Source: Dehalococcoidia bacterium
Lineage (GTDB): Bacteria; Chloroflexota; Dehalococcoidia; Lucifugimonadales; UBA1123
Reading direction: 5' to 3'
DNA length: 64,000 nt
NCBI GenBank assembly: GCA_963668275.2
Contig: OY764155.1
Coordinates: 2,501,219-2,565,218, forward strand
The translations under genes were made by a program, and so were the position numbers. Below the pieces are notes generated by a model that ran no database searches, was not told the DNA's origin, and was given only the letters and a program-made list of their open reading frames with translations. Below, one piece after another: positions 1 through 8,875 of the stretch (the first letter of the stretch is position 1; each line of letters begins with the position of its first letter).

Positions 1-180
1 GCCTACCTCGATGGCGAATACGGCATAGACGGCCTCTACGTGGGTGTCCCGGTCCGTCTCGGGGCCGGCGGCGTCGAGGACATCATCCGCTTCAACCTCA
101 CCGAGTCCGAGCAGGCAGATCTGCTCAACTCCGCCGAGGCCGTCCGCGAACTCGTAGAGATCATGGCCCAGAACTCCTGA
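1..180 (+). CDS. mdh: malate dehydrogenase, C-terminal fragment (5' end outside window)
   Basis: Frame 1 reads [59 protein letters not shown], stop TGA 178-180. This resembles the conserved C-terminus of LDH-like bacterial Mdh (from memory). Confidence 0.75.
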   Translation, partial: AYLDGEYGIDGLYVGVPVRLGAGGVEDIIRFNLTESEQADLLNSAEAVRELVEIMAQNS

Positions 181-269
181 CGGCCGGCAATATCCAAAGT
201 CCGTAGGGGCGTCTATCGGTAGGTAGGCGTCCCTACTCCAAATCCAACTCAATATGCAACAATAAGGCT

Positions 270-471
270 ATGAACGGAAGGGAATTCGTCAGACGCGCGA
301 GACGCTATGCGAGAAGGACAGGACTTCTACTTCGATCCAACTCACGGCAAAGGCAGCCATGGCCGCATATACATCGGCTCCAGATTCACCACTGTGCAAC
401 ATGGCAAACTTTCCAAAGCCATGCTGTTCGCCATGCTCCGCCAACTAGGCATCAGAATAGAGGAATTCTAA
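270..471 (+). pseudogene. hicA: HicA-family toxin, reading frame broken by an apparent extra nucleotide
   Basis: The ATG 270 frame gives MNGREFVRRARRYARR. The +1 frame from ~313 gives EGQDFYFDPTHGKGSHGRIYIGSRFTTVQHGKLSKAMLFAMLRQLGIRIEEF, with TAA 469-471 lying 3 nt before the hicB ATG. GKGSH and LRQLGI are HicA hallmarks. Confidence 0.7.
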
Positions 472-474
472 GCC

Positions 475-984
475 ATGATATATACGTATCCTTGTGACCT
501 CACCCCTGACGAGGAAGGAGGGTTTCTGGTCACATTCCCTGACATACCTGAAGCTATCACAGGCGGCAAAACCCGCGCCGAAGCGCTTGAGATGGGAAAA
601 GACGCGCTTACCGTCGCGCTCGCCGGATATGTAATCGCCAATTGGGACATACCCTCTCCAAGCCCAGTGTCAGAAGGCCAGGAGCTAATCCCTCTCGATC
701 CCGTACCGGCCGCCAAACTCGCGCTCTACAACGCCATGCGCGAACAAGGCGTATCAGAAGCGGAACTCGCCCGTCGCCTCGGTGGTACCGAGGAAGTCGT
801 AAATAGGCTCCTGATACCTGACCGCTACACTCACATCACCTCCGTTATGAAAGCCTTGCGAGCCGTCGGGCGTTCCTTGATTATTCAGGACGCCGACCCC
901 CAAGCTAAGCTCCCCACCGCCCCGGAACTAGCCGCCACAGCCGCTACGACAGCCGCCCCCAGCCCCGATCCGTCCCGGAGATAG
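475..984 (+). CDS. hicB: HicB-family antitoxin with C-terminal HTH
   Basis: MIYTYPCDLTPDEEGGFLVTFPDIPEAITGGKTRAEALEMGKDAL is a HicB N-domain, followed by an XRE-like HTH (VSEAELARRLGGTEEVVNRLL). The low-complexity tail after LIIQDA overlaps the convergent gene by 100 nt. Confidence 0.8.
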   Translation: MIYTYPCDLTPDEEGGFLVTFPDIPEAITGGKTRAEALEMGKDALTVALAGYVIANWDIPSPSPVSEGQELIPLDPVPAAKLALYNAMREQGVSEAELARRLGGTEEVVNRLLIPDRYTHITSVMKALRAVGRSLIIQDADPQAKLPTAPELAATAATTAAPSPDPSRR

Positions 985-2231
985 CAAACCTGCACGCGCT
1001 CCGAGCCGTCGTCGAGAATATCCTCCAGCCCACGCTCGATCTCCCGCCGGTAGCCGGGTATGCCCCTGAACACGCTGCCGTCGGCGGCTACTATGTGTTC
1101 GCGATCCAGGCTTGGATCAATGTAGGTCGCGGTCGCCGCTATGCTCATCGCCACCATCCGCGCTGACCGTCGCGCGACCGCGACGCACACATCCCTCAGA
1201 CGACACCTGTCCTCTGCCGTCGTACCCGTTACTCCCAGCCTCCCCAGCAGCATAGCGGTCGCGGTCAACCCTTCCGATTCGTCGAGAATTATGTCCGACA
1301 GGAGCTCTGTCGTGAATGAGTACGGAATCGCCAGGCCACGCCCGCCGTCCAGCCATCCCTCGAATCCCTCGCCTTTCGACGCGGCTTCCAGTATCCTCAG
1401 ACGCGCAACCTCGCCCAGATACCGCCCGGCTATCATCTTCTCAATGAGTTGGCCCTCGGTATCCGATTCCGAGTCCAGCGCCCTGTCCACATCCGTCTGA
1501 ACCAGGGCCACGCCGTCGAAGTTGCCGCACTCCATGTTGAAGACCATCTCGCCCGGGTTGCCCAATGACGCGGGCAAGTCGTCCCTTCCAACCAAATTAT
1601 CGGGAACGGCGACAGCCAGATTCGCCCCGGTGCCTACTATCAGCCCCATGTCGCAGCGCGGATCGAGATACGCCCCCGCCGCCAGGACGCCCACCGTATC
1701 GTTCGCCAGCGCGCGGATGCGGAAATCGCCATCTCCGTCCATTCTCTCTCGGATAGCGCGTTCCATCAGCGCGACCACATCTTCCCCCTCCACCCCGTCG
1801 AACGCGAATTCCTTGGTCCACTTCGTCAGCCGTCCGCTGCGGACACCGGTCTGGTCCATTGGAAAGGCGAATATGTAGCCGATGTCGTCGGCGCTATGTT
1901 CGGTTAAGACGCTCATCAGAAAATCGGCGACCGGCCCAAACAGATCATCCGACGAACCCGATGTGGAAGCCAGGCGAAATGACTGGTGATCGAACGCCCG
2001 GACATCGCGTTCGCCGCCCAGTTCGACGAGCGTAGCGCGGACATTGGTGCCGCCAAGATCGAGGGCCAGGTAGCGCCCCCGTTCCGAGCCGGAGGGTCGG
2101 CTGACAAAGGACGGGTGCATAGCGATGGAACGGGGCTTGCCGGACAGACCCCGGCGCATTTCATCCTGAAACGAGGCAACAAGTGGCTGAATGGACATTT
2201 CGGAAAGATCGCTATCTACGGGCGAGCGCAA
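885..2231 (-). CDS. hexokinase-family sugar kinase
   Basis: LALDLGGTNVR, FPMDQT, TKWTKEF, NDTVGVL, GLIVGTGANLA, NMECGNF and DGSGLGAA occur in hexokinase order (two-domain actin-fold kinase). Confidence 0.8.
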   Translation of the reverse strand: MRSPVDSDLSEMSIQPLVASFQDEMRRGLSGKPRSIAMHPSFVSRPSGSERGRYLALDLGGTNVRATLVELGGERDVRAFDHQSFRLASTSGSSDDLFGPVADFLMSVLTEHSADDIGYIFAFPMDQTGVRSGRLTKWTKEFAFDGVEGEDVVALMERAIRERMDGDGDFRIRALANDTVGVLAAGAYLDPRCDMGLIVGTGANLAVAVPDNLVGRDDLPASLGNPGEMVFNMECGNFDGVALVQTDVDRALDSESDTEGQLIEKMIAGRYLGEVARLRILEAASKGEGFEGWLDGGRGLAIPYSFTTELLSDIILDESEGLTATAMLLGRLGVTGTTAEDRCRLRDVCVAVARRSARMVAMSIAATATYIDPSLDREHIVAADGSVFRGIPGYRREIERGLEDILDDGSERVQVCYLRDGSGLGAAVVAAVAASSGAVGSLAWGSAS

Positions 2232-2405
2232 TCAGTAAGAACGCCGCCTGTCCTCTCTTCTATGACGTTCTTCCATCTCTTCCCACCGGCGATCCAACTC
2301 CGCGATTCGCTTCTTGGACCGCGCAGAAGTTCTCTTCGCATCTCTGATAATGCGTTCAAGCCTGCGCTTGGGTATCATAATCATTTCTGAGTCAGATTTG
2401 ACCAT
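2232..2405 (-). CDS. small Arg/Glu-rich coiled-coil protein, hypothetical
   Basis: Start taken at ATG 2405 (MVKSDSEM...). The stop abuts the hexokinase start and the gene overlaps the upstream gene by 14 nt. No family recognised. Confidence 0.3.
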   Translation of the reverse strand: MVKSDSEMIMIPKRRLERIIRDAKRTSARSKKRIAELDRRWEEMEERHRREDRRRSY

Positions 2406-2760
2406 GTTCACCCTCCTCATCCGCTTCTGGTAGTTCTTCTATCAATCTATCATATTTCAATTGCAATTCCGATAATTCAGCGCGAAGAAGCCGAGCTTCT
2501 TGGTACGTGTCACCCCACTTGACGGACGCCCGCGATTCCGCGTCCTGCGCTCGCTTAAGCCTGGAGCGGTTGAAGTAGTAGCCCAGTATCACGCCCGTGA
2601 CGCCCGACGACACCGATCCCGCCGTCGCCAGCATATCCGGGTTATCGCTGAATATAGCCGCGTGAATGATTATGGCTATTGCCATGAAGCTGAACGACAA
2701 CGCCAATGTGTTCGTTACTATCCCGGTCCAGTTAGTCTCTCTGGCCAGAAAATTCCACAC
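2392..2760 (-). CDS. membrane protein with C-terminal coiled coil, hypothetical
   Basis: Two hydrophobic helices (IVTNTLALSFSFMAIAIIIHAAIF, SGVTGVILGYYF), then a charged helix (ARLLRAELSELQLKYDRLIEEL). Confidence 0.45.
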   Translation of the reverse strand: MWNFLARETNWTGIVTNTLALSFSFMAIAIIIHAAIFSDNPDMLATAGSVSSGVTGVILGYYFNRSRLKRAQDAESRASVKWGDTYQEARLLRAELSELQLKYDRLIEELPEADEEGEHGQI

Positions 2761-2778
2761 GATTCGACCGCCTTGCTA

Positions 2779-3840
2779 CTAAAATTCTATCGCCCTCGTA
2801 ACAGCCGCCGACGCCACCTTCGGCAACTCGCTCAGCACCACCGAGCATCGGTAGCCGCTCGCGTCCGGCGCTCCCGCCCGAACCACCAGTATGTCGTCCG
2901 GCTCCGGCACGAAACTGGCGAAATTCTGGTAGTCCGCGGGATCCACGTGACCCTCCAGTACCCTTACTATCTTCAGGTCCGCTATCGAGCGTCCGATGCG
3001 CGGATGCAGGTACTCCCTCACGTCCTTCTTCGTCCAGTCTCCCCAGAAGTCCGCCGACCCGCCTATCGTTATCAATACCTCGCCCTGTCTCACTGGCAGG
3101 CTGTCGTCGCCGACCGAGTCCGAAGACGCCAGCGACGACCCCAATACCGACGCCACGTCCGCCACCGTGTCCAGCACGACCTCCTGCGAGTGCGACGCCG
3201 AGCGCACCTGTCTCGGTTCCCAGGACGCGAACACCGTCACCGCGCTCTGCTCCGGCGAAAACCCGCGCTCCACATGCAGCGGCAGCCAGTCCGAGTCGGT
3301 TTCGTTCTCCGCTATGCAGAACGTGTACTTGCCCGGATGTCCGATTACCGTCCTGTCGAACAGGCCGGGTATCGAGGCGCAAGCGTTCATCAGGATGAGC
3401 CTGATCGCCCTCCCGATGGTCGCGTTGGCGCGGTTGCCCGGCCCGAACAGGTTATTCTTCGAGTTGATGTCCAATTCCTGGACAATTGGCCCGTTGACTA
3501 CGACCAGAACCGCCGCGCCGCCCTGGCTGGAAGACGGCGCTATCAGGTTGAACTCCGGCGCCAGCATCGCCTCCGTGGCCGCCAGAACCACCGGAAAATA
3601 CTCCGGCAGGCAGCCCGCCATGACCGCGTTGGCAGCAGTCTTCGCCACCGTTATCACGCGCCTGCGCTCCGGTATCTCGCCCAGTACCTCATCCGGCGAG
3701 CGGCCCGCGTAGTCCAGAAACTCGTTCACTCGCTCCAGCGTGGGCGGCACCACCGGCAGACCGTCCGTCCAGCCAAGCTCGTAGCATCGCTCTATCGCCT
3801 CAACCGCGTCGCTCCATTCAGCCGTAACCAGGTCCTGCAT
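2779..3840 (-). CDS. conserved hypothetical protein (GWTDGLPVVPPT motif)
   Basis: 353-aa ORF with balanced composition. The R/H-rich 457-aa ORF on the other strand is the antisense artefact. Motif remembered from uncharacterised actinobacterial/Chloroflexi proteins; function unknown. Confidence 0.6.
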   Translation of the reverse strand: MQDLVTAEWSDAVEAIERCYELGWTDGLPVVPPTLERVNEFLDYAGRSPDEVLGEIPERRRVITVAKTAANAVMAGCLPEYFPVVLAATEAMLAPEFNLIAPSSSQGGAAVLVVVNGPIVQELDINSKNNLFGPGNRANATIGRAIRLILMNACASIPGLFDRTVIGHPGKYTFCIAENETDSDWLPLHVERGFSPEQSAVTVFASWEPRQVRSASHSQEVVLDTVADVASVLGSSLASSDSVGDDSLPVRQGEVLITIGGSADFWGDWTKKDVREYLHPRIGRSIADLKIVRVLEGHVDPADYQNFASFVPEPDDILVVRAGAPDASGYRCSVVLSELPKVASAAVTRAIEF

Positions 3841-4028
3841 ATCATCGCCTCCTTTTTCGCGCGCTCAGTATAAGTGATTGGTTCACGGCTGTCAGGAACG
3901 CGCTTACGGATTGCAAATCACCCCCCTGTTCTGCGCTATAATGATTCGGGTTCTCCCATTCGGATGACCGCCGAACCATCTACATCATTCAGCTCATAAA
4001 TATCCCACAAATCACAGTTCAGACGAAG

Positions 4029-5192
4029 ATGCGCGAAGACAAGGACAACTCAGCTCGTCCATACCGACGCGTCGTGGTGAAAGTAGGCACGACGCTCATT
4101 ACCGACGGCACCAACCGCCTGGACCTGGAAGCGATGGCCAGTATCACCGGCCAGATCGCCCGTCTCCAAAGAGACGGAGCCGAGATGCTGCTTGTGACGT
4201 CCGGAGCGGTCGCCGCCGGGCGTCATGTGCTAGATCCCACGGGCCAGACCAGAAACGTCCTGATGCGCCAGGCTTTGGCCGCCATAGGACAGGGTCGGCT
4301 GATGAACGCCTATGAGCAGCTCTTCGACTGGCACGAAGTACACGTAGCCCAGACGCTTCTCACTCGCAGAGACCTGAGCGACCGCATGGGCTACCTGAAC
4401 ATACGCAATACCTTATCGGGACTCATACAGTACAGAGTCGTTCCAATCATCAACGAGAACGACGTCGTTTCAGTGGACGAACTGGAAGGCGAGATTATTG
4501 GGGACAACGATACGCTGTCCGCGATGGTGGCGAACATAGTGGACGCCGACCTGCTGATCATCCTCGGACAGACCGAGGGACTCTTCACAAGCGACCCCCA
4601 CCTGGACCCTGACGCTCGACTCATACGCAGGGTATCTTATTTCACTAACGAGATAGACGCTCTCGGAGGCCCGTCCTTCGATTCGCGCGGTCGCGGAGGA
4701 ATGTCCGCCAAGCTGAACGCCGCCAAGCTGGCCACCGCGTCCGGCGTGGACACCATCTTCGCTAATGGCTCGTCACAGAACGTGGTGTCGCGTCTTGTGA
4801 ACGGTGAATCGCTCGGCACTTACTTCCCCACCGGCGCGAACAGGATGGAGAGCCGCAAACGCTACCTGCTCAGCCAGATACGCGATACCGACGTGATTGT
4901 CGTTGATCCCGGCGCGGTCCGCGCGCTTGTGCAGGGCAACAAGAGCCTGCTCCCCGCCGGAGTGCTTGATGCCCGCGGAGAATTCGAGCGCGGAGACGTT
5001 GTGCTGGTCGAGGACAGGGATAAGCGCAGGATAGCCTGCGGCATATCGGGATACAATTCACAGGATGTTCACAAGATAAGACGGCTGCGCTCGGACCAGA
5101 TAGGACAGACCCTCGGATACCACTTCGGAGACGAAGTAATCCACCGGGACAACCTCGTTGTACTGGCCGCCTCAGAACCGGCGCGGGTGTAA
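4029..5192 (+). CDS. proB: glutamate 5-kinase with PUA domain
   Basis: VVVKVGTTLITDG, LVTSGAVAAG, INENDVV and a C-terminal PUA-like region. Followed by proA. Confidence 0.95.
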   Translation: MREDKDNSARPYRRVVVKVGTTLITDGTNRLDLEAMASITGQIARLQRDGAEMLLVTSGAVAAGRHVLDPTGQTRNVLMRQALAAIGQGRLMNAYEQLFDWHEVHVAQTLLTRRDLSDRMGYLNIRNTLSGLIQYRVVPIINENDVVSVDELEGEIIGDNDTLSAMVANIVDADLLIILGQTEGLFTSDPHLDPDARLIRRVSYFTNEIDALGGPSFDSRGRGGMSAKLNAAKLATASGVDTIFANGSSQNVVSRLVNGESLGTYFPTGANRMESRKRYLLSQIRDTDVIVVDPGAVRALVQGNKSLLPAGVLDARGEFERGDVVLVEDRDKRRIACGISGYNSQDVHKIRRLRSDQIGQTLGYHFGDEVIHRDNLVVLAASEPARV

Positions 5193-5218
5193 TAGCGCCG
5201 TCTGACAGGAGTTGACCA

Positions 5219-6505
5219 ATGATGAAGACCATGACCGACGAACTCACCCGCAAGGGCGAGGCCGCCAGAATCGCCGCGCGGCAACTGGCGAAGGTTTCCG
5301 GCGGCGTCAGAAACCAGGCGCTGCTCAACATCGCCGACCGCGTTGTCGAGGAACAGGACAACATACTCGCCGCCAATAGATTAGACCTCGACGCCGGAAG
5401 GCAGAAGGGGCTTCCCGAATACTACCTCGACCGCATGACGCTGAACACCGAACGTCTCGAGGCCATCGCGTCCGACGTCCGCAGCGTCGCCGCCCTGCCC
5501 GATCCCGTCGGCGAAGTCATCGAGATGCGCTCCATGCCCAACGGCCTCCAGGTCGGACGCAGGCGCGTTCCCCTCGGAGTAGTGGGCGTCATCTACGAAA
5601 GCCGCCCCAACGTCACAGTGGACATATCCACCCTCTGCCTCAAGTCCGGCAACGCCGTCATCCTCCGGGGAGGAAGCGACACGATAAACTCCAACACCGC
5701 CCTCGCCAACGCCATACGCCAAGCTGTCGCCGAAGCGGGCGCGCCTGAGAACGCGGTACAGCTCATCCAGTCCACTGACCGCGCACTCGTCGGCCAGATG
5801 CTCGAAGCGCGGGACTACATTGACCTGCTCATCCCCAGGGGCGGCCAGGAACTCATCAACAGGGTCGCGCGCGACGCCAAGATGCCCGCCATAACCGGCG
5901 GCGTCGGCGTCTGCCACACCTACGTGGACAGCGAAGCCGACCTCGACATGGCTGCCGACATCGTATTCAACGCCAAAGTGCAGCGATACTCCGTCTGCAA
6001 CGCCATGGACACCCTTCTGGTCCACTCGTCCGTAGCGCCCGCCTATCTTCCGATGATAGCGAACAGGTTCTCGGACGCCGGAGTGGAGATGCGCTGCGAC
6101 CGCCGCGCCCTCACCATCATGGGCCCCTCCAACGGCAGCGAAGAACTGCGAACCACCTCCGCCTCGGAAGACGACTGGAGTACAGAGCATCTCGCGCTCA
6201 TAGCGGGCGTCCGCGTAGTTGACTCCCTGGACGACGCGCTGGCCCACATCGAGACCTACGGCTCCGGCCACTCCGACGCCATAGTCACCGAGGACTACTC
6301 AGCCGCCATGCGCTTCGTTGACGAAGTGGACTCCAGCGCCGTCTTCGTAAACTGCTCCACCCGCTTCAACGACGGCGGCCAATTCGGACTCGGCGCCGAA
6401 GTCGCCATCAGCACCAACAAATTCCACGCCCGCGGCCCAATGGGACTCAAAGAACTCACCTCCTACAAGTGGACCGTAATGGGCAGCGGCCAGGTCAGAA
6501 CCTAG
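5219..6505 (+). CDS. proA: glutamate-5-semialdehyde dehydrogenase
   Basis: VPLGVVGVIYESRPNVT, LRGGSD, YSVCNAMDTLLVH and GSGHSDAIVTED are typical ProA motifs. Lies 27 nt after proB. Confidence 0.95.
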   Translation: MMKTMTDELTRKGEAARIAARQLAKVSGGVRNQALLNIADRVVEEQDNILAANRLDLDAGRQKGLPEYYLDRMTLNTERLEAIASDVRSVAALPDPVGEVIEMRSMPNGLQVGRRRVPLGVVGVIYESRPNVTVDISTLCLKSGNAVILRGGSDTINSNTALANAIRQAVAEAGAPENAVQLIQSTDRALVGQMLEARDYIDLLIPRGGQELINRVARDAKMPAITGGVGVCHTYVDSEADLDMAADIVFNAKVQRYSVCNAMDTLLVHSSVAPAYLPMIANRFSDAGVEMRCDRRALTIMGPSNGSEELRTTSASEDDWSTEHLALIAGVRVVDSLDDALAHIETYGSGHSDAIVTEDYSAAMRFVDEVDSSAVFVNCSTRFNDGGQFGLGAEVAISTNKFHARGPMGLKELTSYKWTVMGSGQVRT

Positions 6506-6508
6506 AAA

Positions 6509-6653
6509 TCCCCTCTCCCTAAATGGGCTCACAAGGGTAGGCAAATGTGAAGTCAGCTACGAACCCCAGTCAATAGATCCCCTCTCCCTCAGGGAGAGGG
6601 CTAGGGTGAGGGTGAAATGCCTACCCCTCTCAGCCCTCAATGGGTGAGGGGGA
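6509..6653 (+). repeat. MITE-like composite element, full copy
   Basis: Terminal inverted repeats (cccctctccctaaatgggctcacaagggtaggca / tgcctacccctctcagccctcaatgggtgaggggg) flank the core hairpin ccctctccc-tca-gggagaggg plus ctagggtgagggtga. Same architecture as 38030-38170 and 51544-51685. Confidence 0.7.
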
Positions 6654-6667
6654 ACTACAATTCAGTC

Positions 6668-6687
6668 ATTCCCGCGAAAGCGGGAAT
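6668..6687. repeat. REP-type hairpin attcccgc-gaaa-gcgggaat
   Basis: Perfect 8-bp stem and 4-nt loop. Copies at 18038, 20322, 34704 and 57071. Confidence 0.75.
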
Positions 6688-6714
6688 CCATACCGAACAG
6701 GAACAGACTCTCAA

Positions 6715-7032
6715 ATGGCAAAATACGACTTCCAGAGAGAGACCCGCACCCCCTACTCCGAGTGCTACATAGTATTGGAGAGCGAAGTCGTGGTCGGCAG
6801 ACTGGACATCCACTACGCCGACGTAGTGGTGCACGCCACCCTCAACGTCGAAGAATCCGTAACCTCCGACGAAATCCAGGACATCATAGACGACATAGAG
6901 GCCGAACTTCTGGACGCCGTAGGCATAGTGCGCCAGGAAATAATCGTCCACGTCCACCAGGGCCGCGACCTCGGCGTGTACAGCACAACCGACTACGAAG
7001 GAACAAACGGCGGCAACATCCGGTTTAACTAA
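6715..7032 (+). CDS. hypothetical acidic protein (105 aa)
   Basis: Start moved to ATG 6715 (MAKYDF...), because the upstream part of the tracked ORF is translated repeat DNA. No family recognised. Confidence 0.45.
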   Translation: MAKYDFQRETRTPYSECYIVLESEVVVGRLDIHYADVVVHATLNVEESVTSDEIQDIIDDIEAELLDAVGIVRQEIIVHVHQGRDLGVYSTTDYEGTNGGNIRFN

Positions 7033-7121
7033 GACGGTATCCCGTCCCGTAGCGTCGGGGTAGGCTTTTGAGATAGTATCGCCACCAAGCGGACATTCCC
7101 ATGGTCGGATGCGTATGAGAG

Positions 7122-8529
7122 TTGAGTCAGATGAAGCCTGCGATCTCACCCAGCGGCGGCAATGCGCTGGAAAGGCAGAAACTCGAAAAGCGTTTCGAGG
7201 GACGGCTGGCTGTCAATCCACATCTGACGCGCAAGGCCGTATCGTACCAGGGAAACCGCAACGTTCCGGGCTTTCGCTGGATGAAGTATAAAGAGGGATT
7301 CTCTCAATCGCTGGTGGAACGCCTTCTTGACGAGTTCTGTCCGAGCGCGATTCTGGATCCGTTCGCCGGCATTGGAACCACGCCTCTCATCGCGGCGGGC
7401 AGAGGCTTGTGCGCGACCGGGCATCGAGATCATGCCCGTCGGCGTACTGGTGGGCAACGGGATCGCCCAGGCCGCCAACGGTCTCTCTCGTAAGACGCTG
7501 GAAGAGTCAGGCGCGGAGCTGCTTGACGCGGTGAAGTCTGGGGATGACGCGCCAAGCGAATATGAATTCCGGCACGTGCGGATCACCGAAGCCGCGTTTC
7601 CCGAAGAAACCGAAGCCGCAATCGCAAGGGCGCGACATTTCATTGCAAACGTCTCCGACTCCTCAGTGAAAACCCTGCTCGGTCTGGCCTGCATGACCGT
7701 CTTGGAAGACGTGAGCTACACGCGCAAGGACGGCCAGTACCTGCGCTGGGACTACCGCTCGGGCCGTACTCTCAGAAGCCGGGTTGACAAGGGGCCTATC
7801 CTGACGTTCGACCACGCTCTCGGCGCGCGCCTGTTCGAGATGGCCCAGGACATCGAGCCGCTGAAGTTGAGTTACGGCGGAGGCTATCCCGAGCTCATCA
7901 CCGGGTCGAGCCTGGAACTGATGCGTAACTTGCCCGAAGCCGGGTTCGATTTGGCAATCACATCCCCGCCATACGCTAACCGATATGACTACACCAGAAC
8001 CTACGCGCTCGAACTCGCCTGGCTTGGCTACGGACAAGATGATTTTCTGACGTTGCGCCAGAGTATGCTGTCTGCAACCGTCGAAAACAGGTCGAAGCGG
8101 GAATGGCTGAAAGAGATTTACGGGGACGATTCCGAATTGCTGAATGACGCCTTTCTTATGTACGACGAACAGGGAGCGATTCACGAGGCGCTGGACATTC
8201 TCAGGGAGCATATTGACGAACTGGGAAACAGGCACGTGATACGGCTGATAGAAGGCTACTTCCTGGAGATGGCGGTTATCGTCGCGGAGTTGGGGCGCGT
8301 TCTGCGTCCGGGCGGCGTCGTTATCATGGTGAACGACAATGTTCAGTACCATGGCGAAGAGATACCGGTAGATATGATACTGTCGGACTTCGCGGAACAA
8401 TCAGGGTTCATATGCGAGAAGATATGGACGCTGCCGCGCGGCAAGGGGAATTCCAGCCAGCAGATGCGCCGGTTCGGACGCCGCGAAATCCGAAAGTGCG
8501 TATATCAGTGGGCGCGCTCAGATGACTAA
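7122..8529 (+). pseudogene. site-specific DNA methyltransferase (motif I ... SPPY), frameshifted
   Basis: ILDPFAGIGTTPLIAAGRG (motif I) is in the 7122 frame. IEIMPVGVL..., DLAITSPPYANRYDY (motif IV) and VVIMVNDN are in the +1 frame from 7423. One extra base at the GGGC run 7419-7422. Confidence 0.75.
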
Positions 8530-8865
8530 CCTCCACGACGCTCAGATAAGGTCGGCCCTCATATCCGAGCGGATTAGACAACAGTAGTGGCGACGATAGA
8601 GATAAAGGGAGGGAAAGACCCGGCGGGCGCGCTTGAACGACTTGGCGCGATGCAAAAGAGTTTCGAGGAAACCCCACCGGGCTGTGTGAATATGCTGATA
8701 GCGGGCGTCATCACTTCCGAAATGAAATCTCGACTCGAAAACATGGGCGTTAGCAGGGTGTTCCTCTTAGACGACCTTGCCCACGATGGCCGCGACTGGA
8801 TTGACTTCCTCAACGAGGTTTTCCACTACACGGTCCGTATAACCGACTCCACAATCACGGGATAG
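8522..8865 (+). pseudogene. putative cognate restriction endonuclease remnant (frame-broken)
   Basis: ATG 8522 overlaps the MTase stop (ATGA). It reads MTNLHDAQIRSALISERIRQQ, then TAG 8585-8587, then continues in the -1 frame as VATIEIKGGKDPAGALERLG... An Asp followed by an EIK spacing is compatible with PD-(D/E)xK. Weak. Confidence 0.3.
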
Positions 8866-8875
8866 TTACAGCTAA

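Noticed and set aside
2500-3873. 457-aa plus-strand ORF (Arg/His/Pro-rich) covering the 2779-3840 region
   Set aside because: It is antisense to a compositionally normal 353-aa ORF. Extreme R/H/P content and the lack of motifs are typical of antisense frames in GC-rich DNA.
6640-6714. N-terminal extension of ORF 6640-7032. Other ORFs such as 37819-38358, 20219-20447 and 51651-51839 also run through the MITE/REP repeats.
   Set aside because: The sequences are translated repeat DNA (PLSLRERAGVRV or VIPAKAGIH-type peptides). Downstream ATGs give more plausible starts, or the ORFs are not genes at all.
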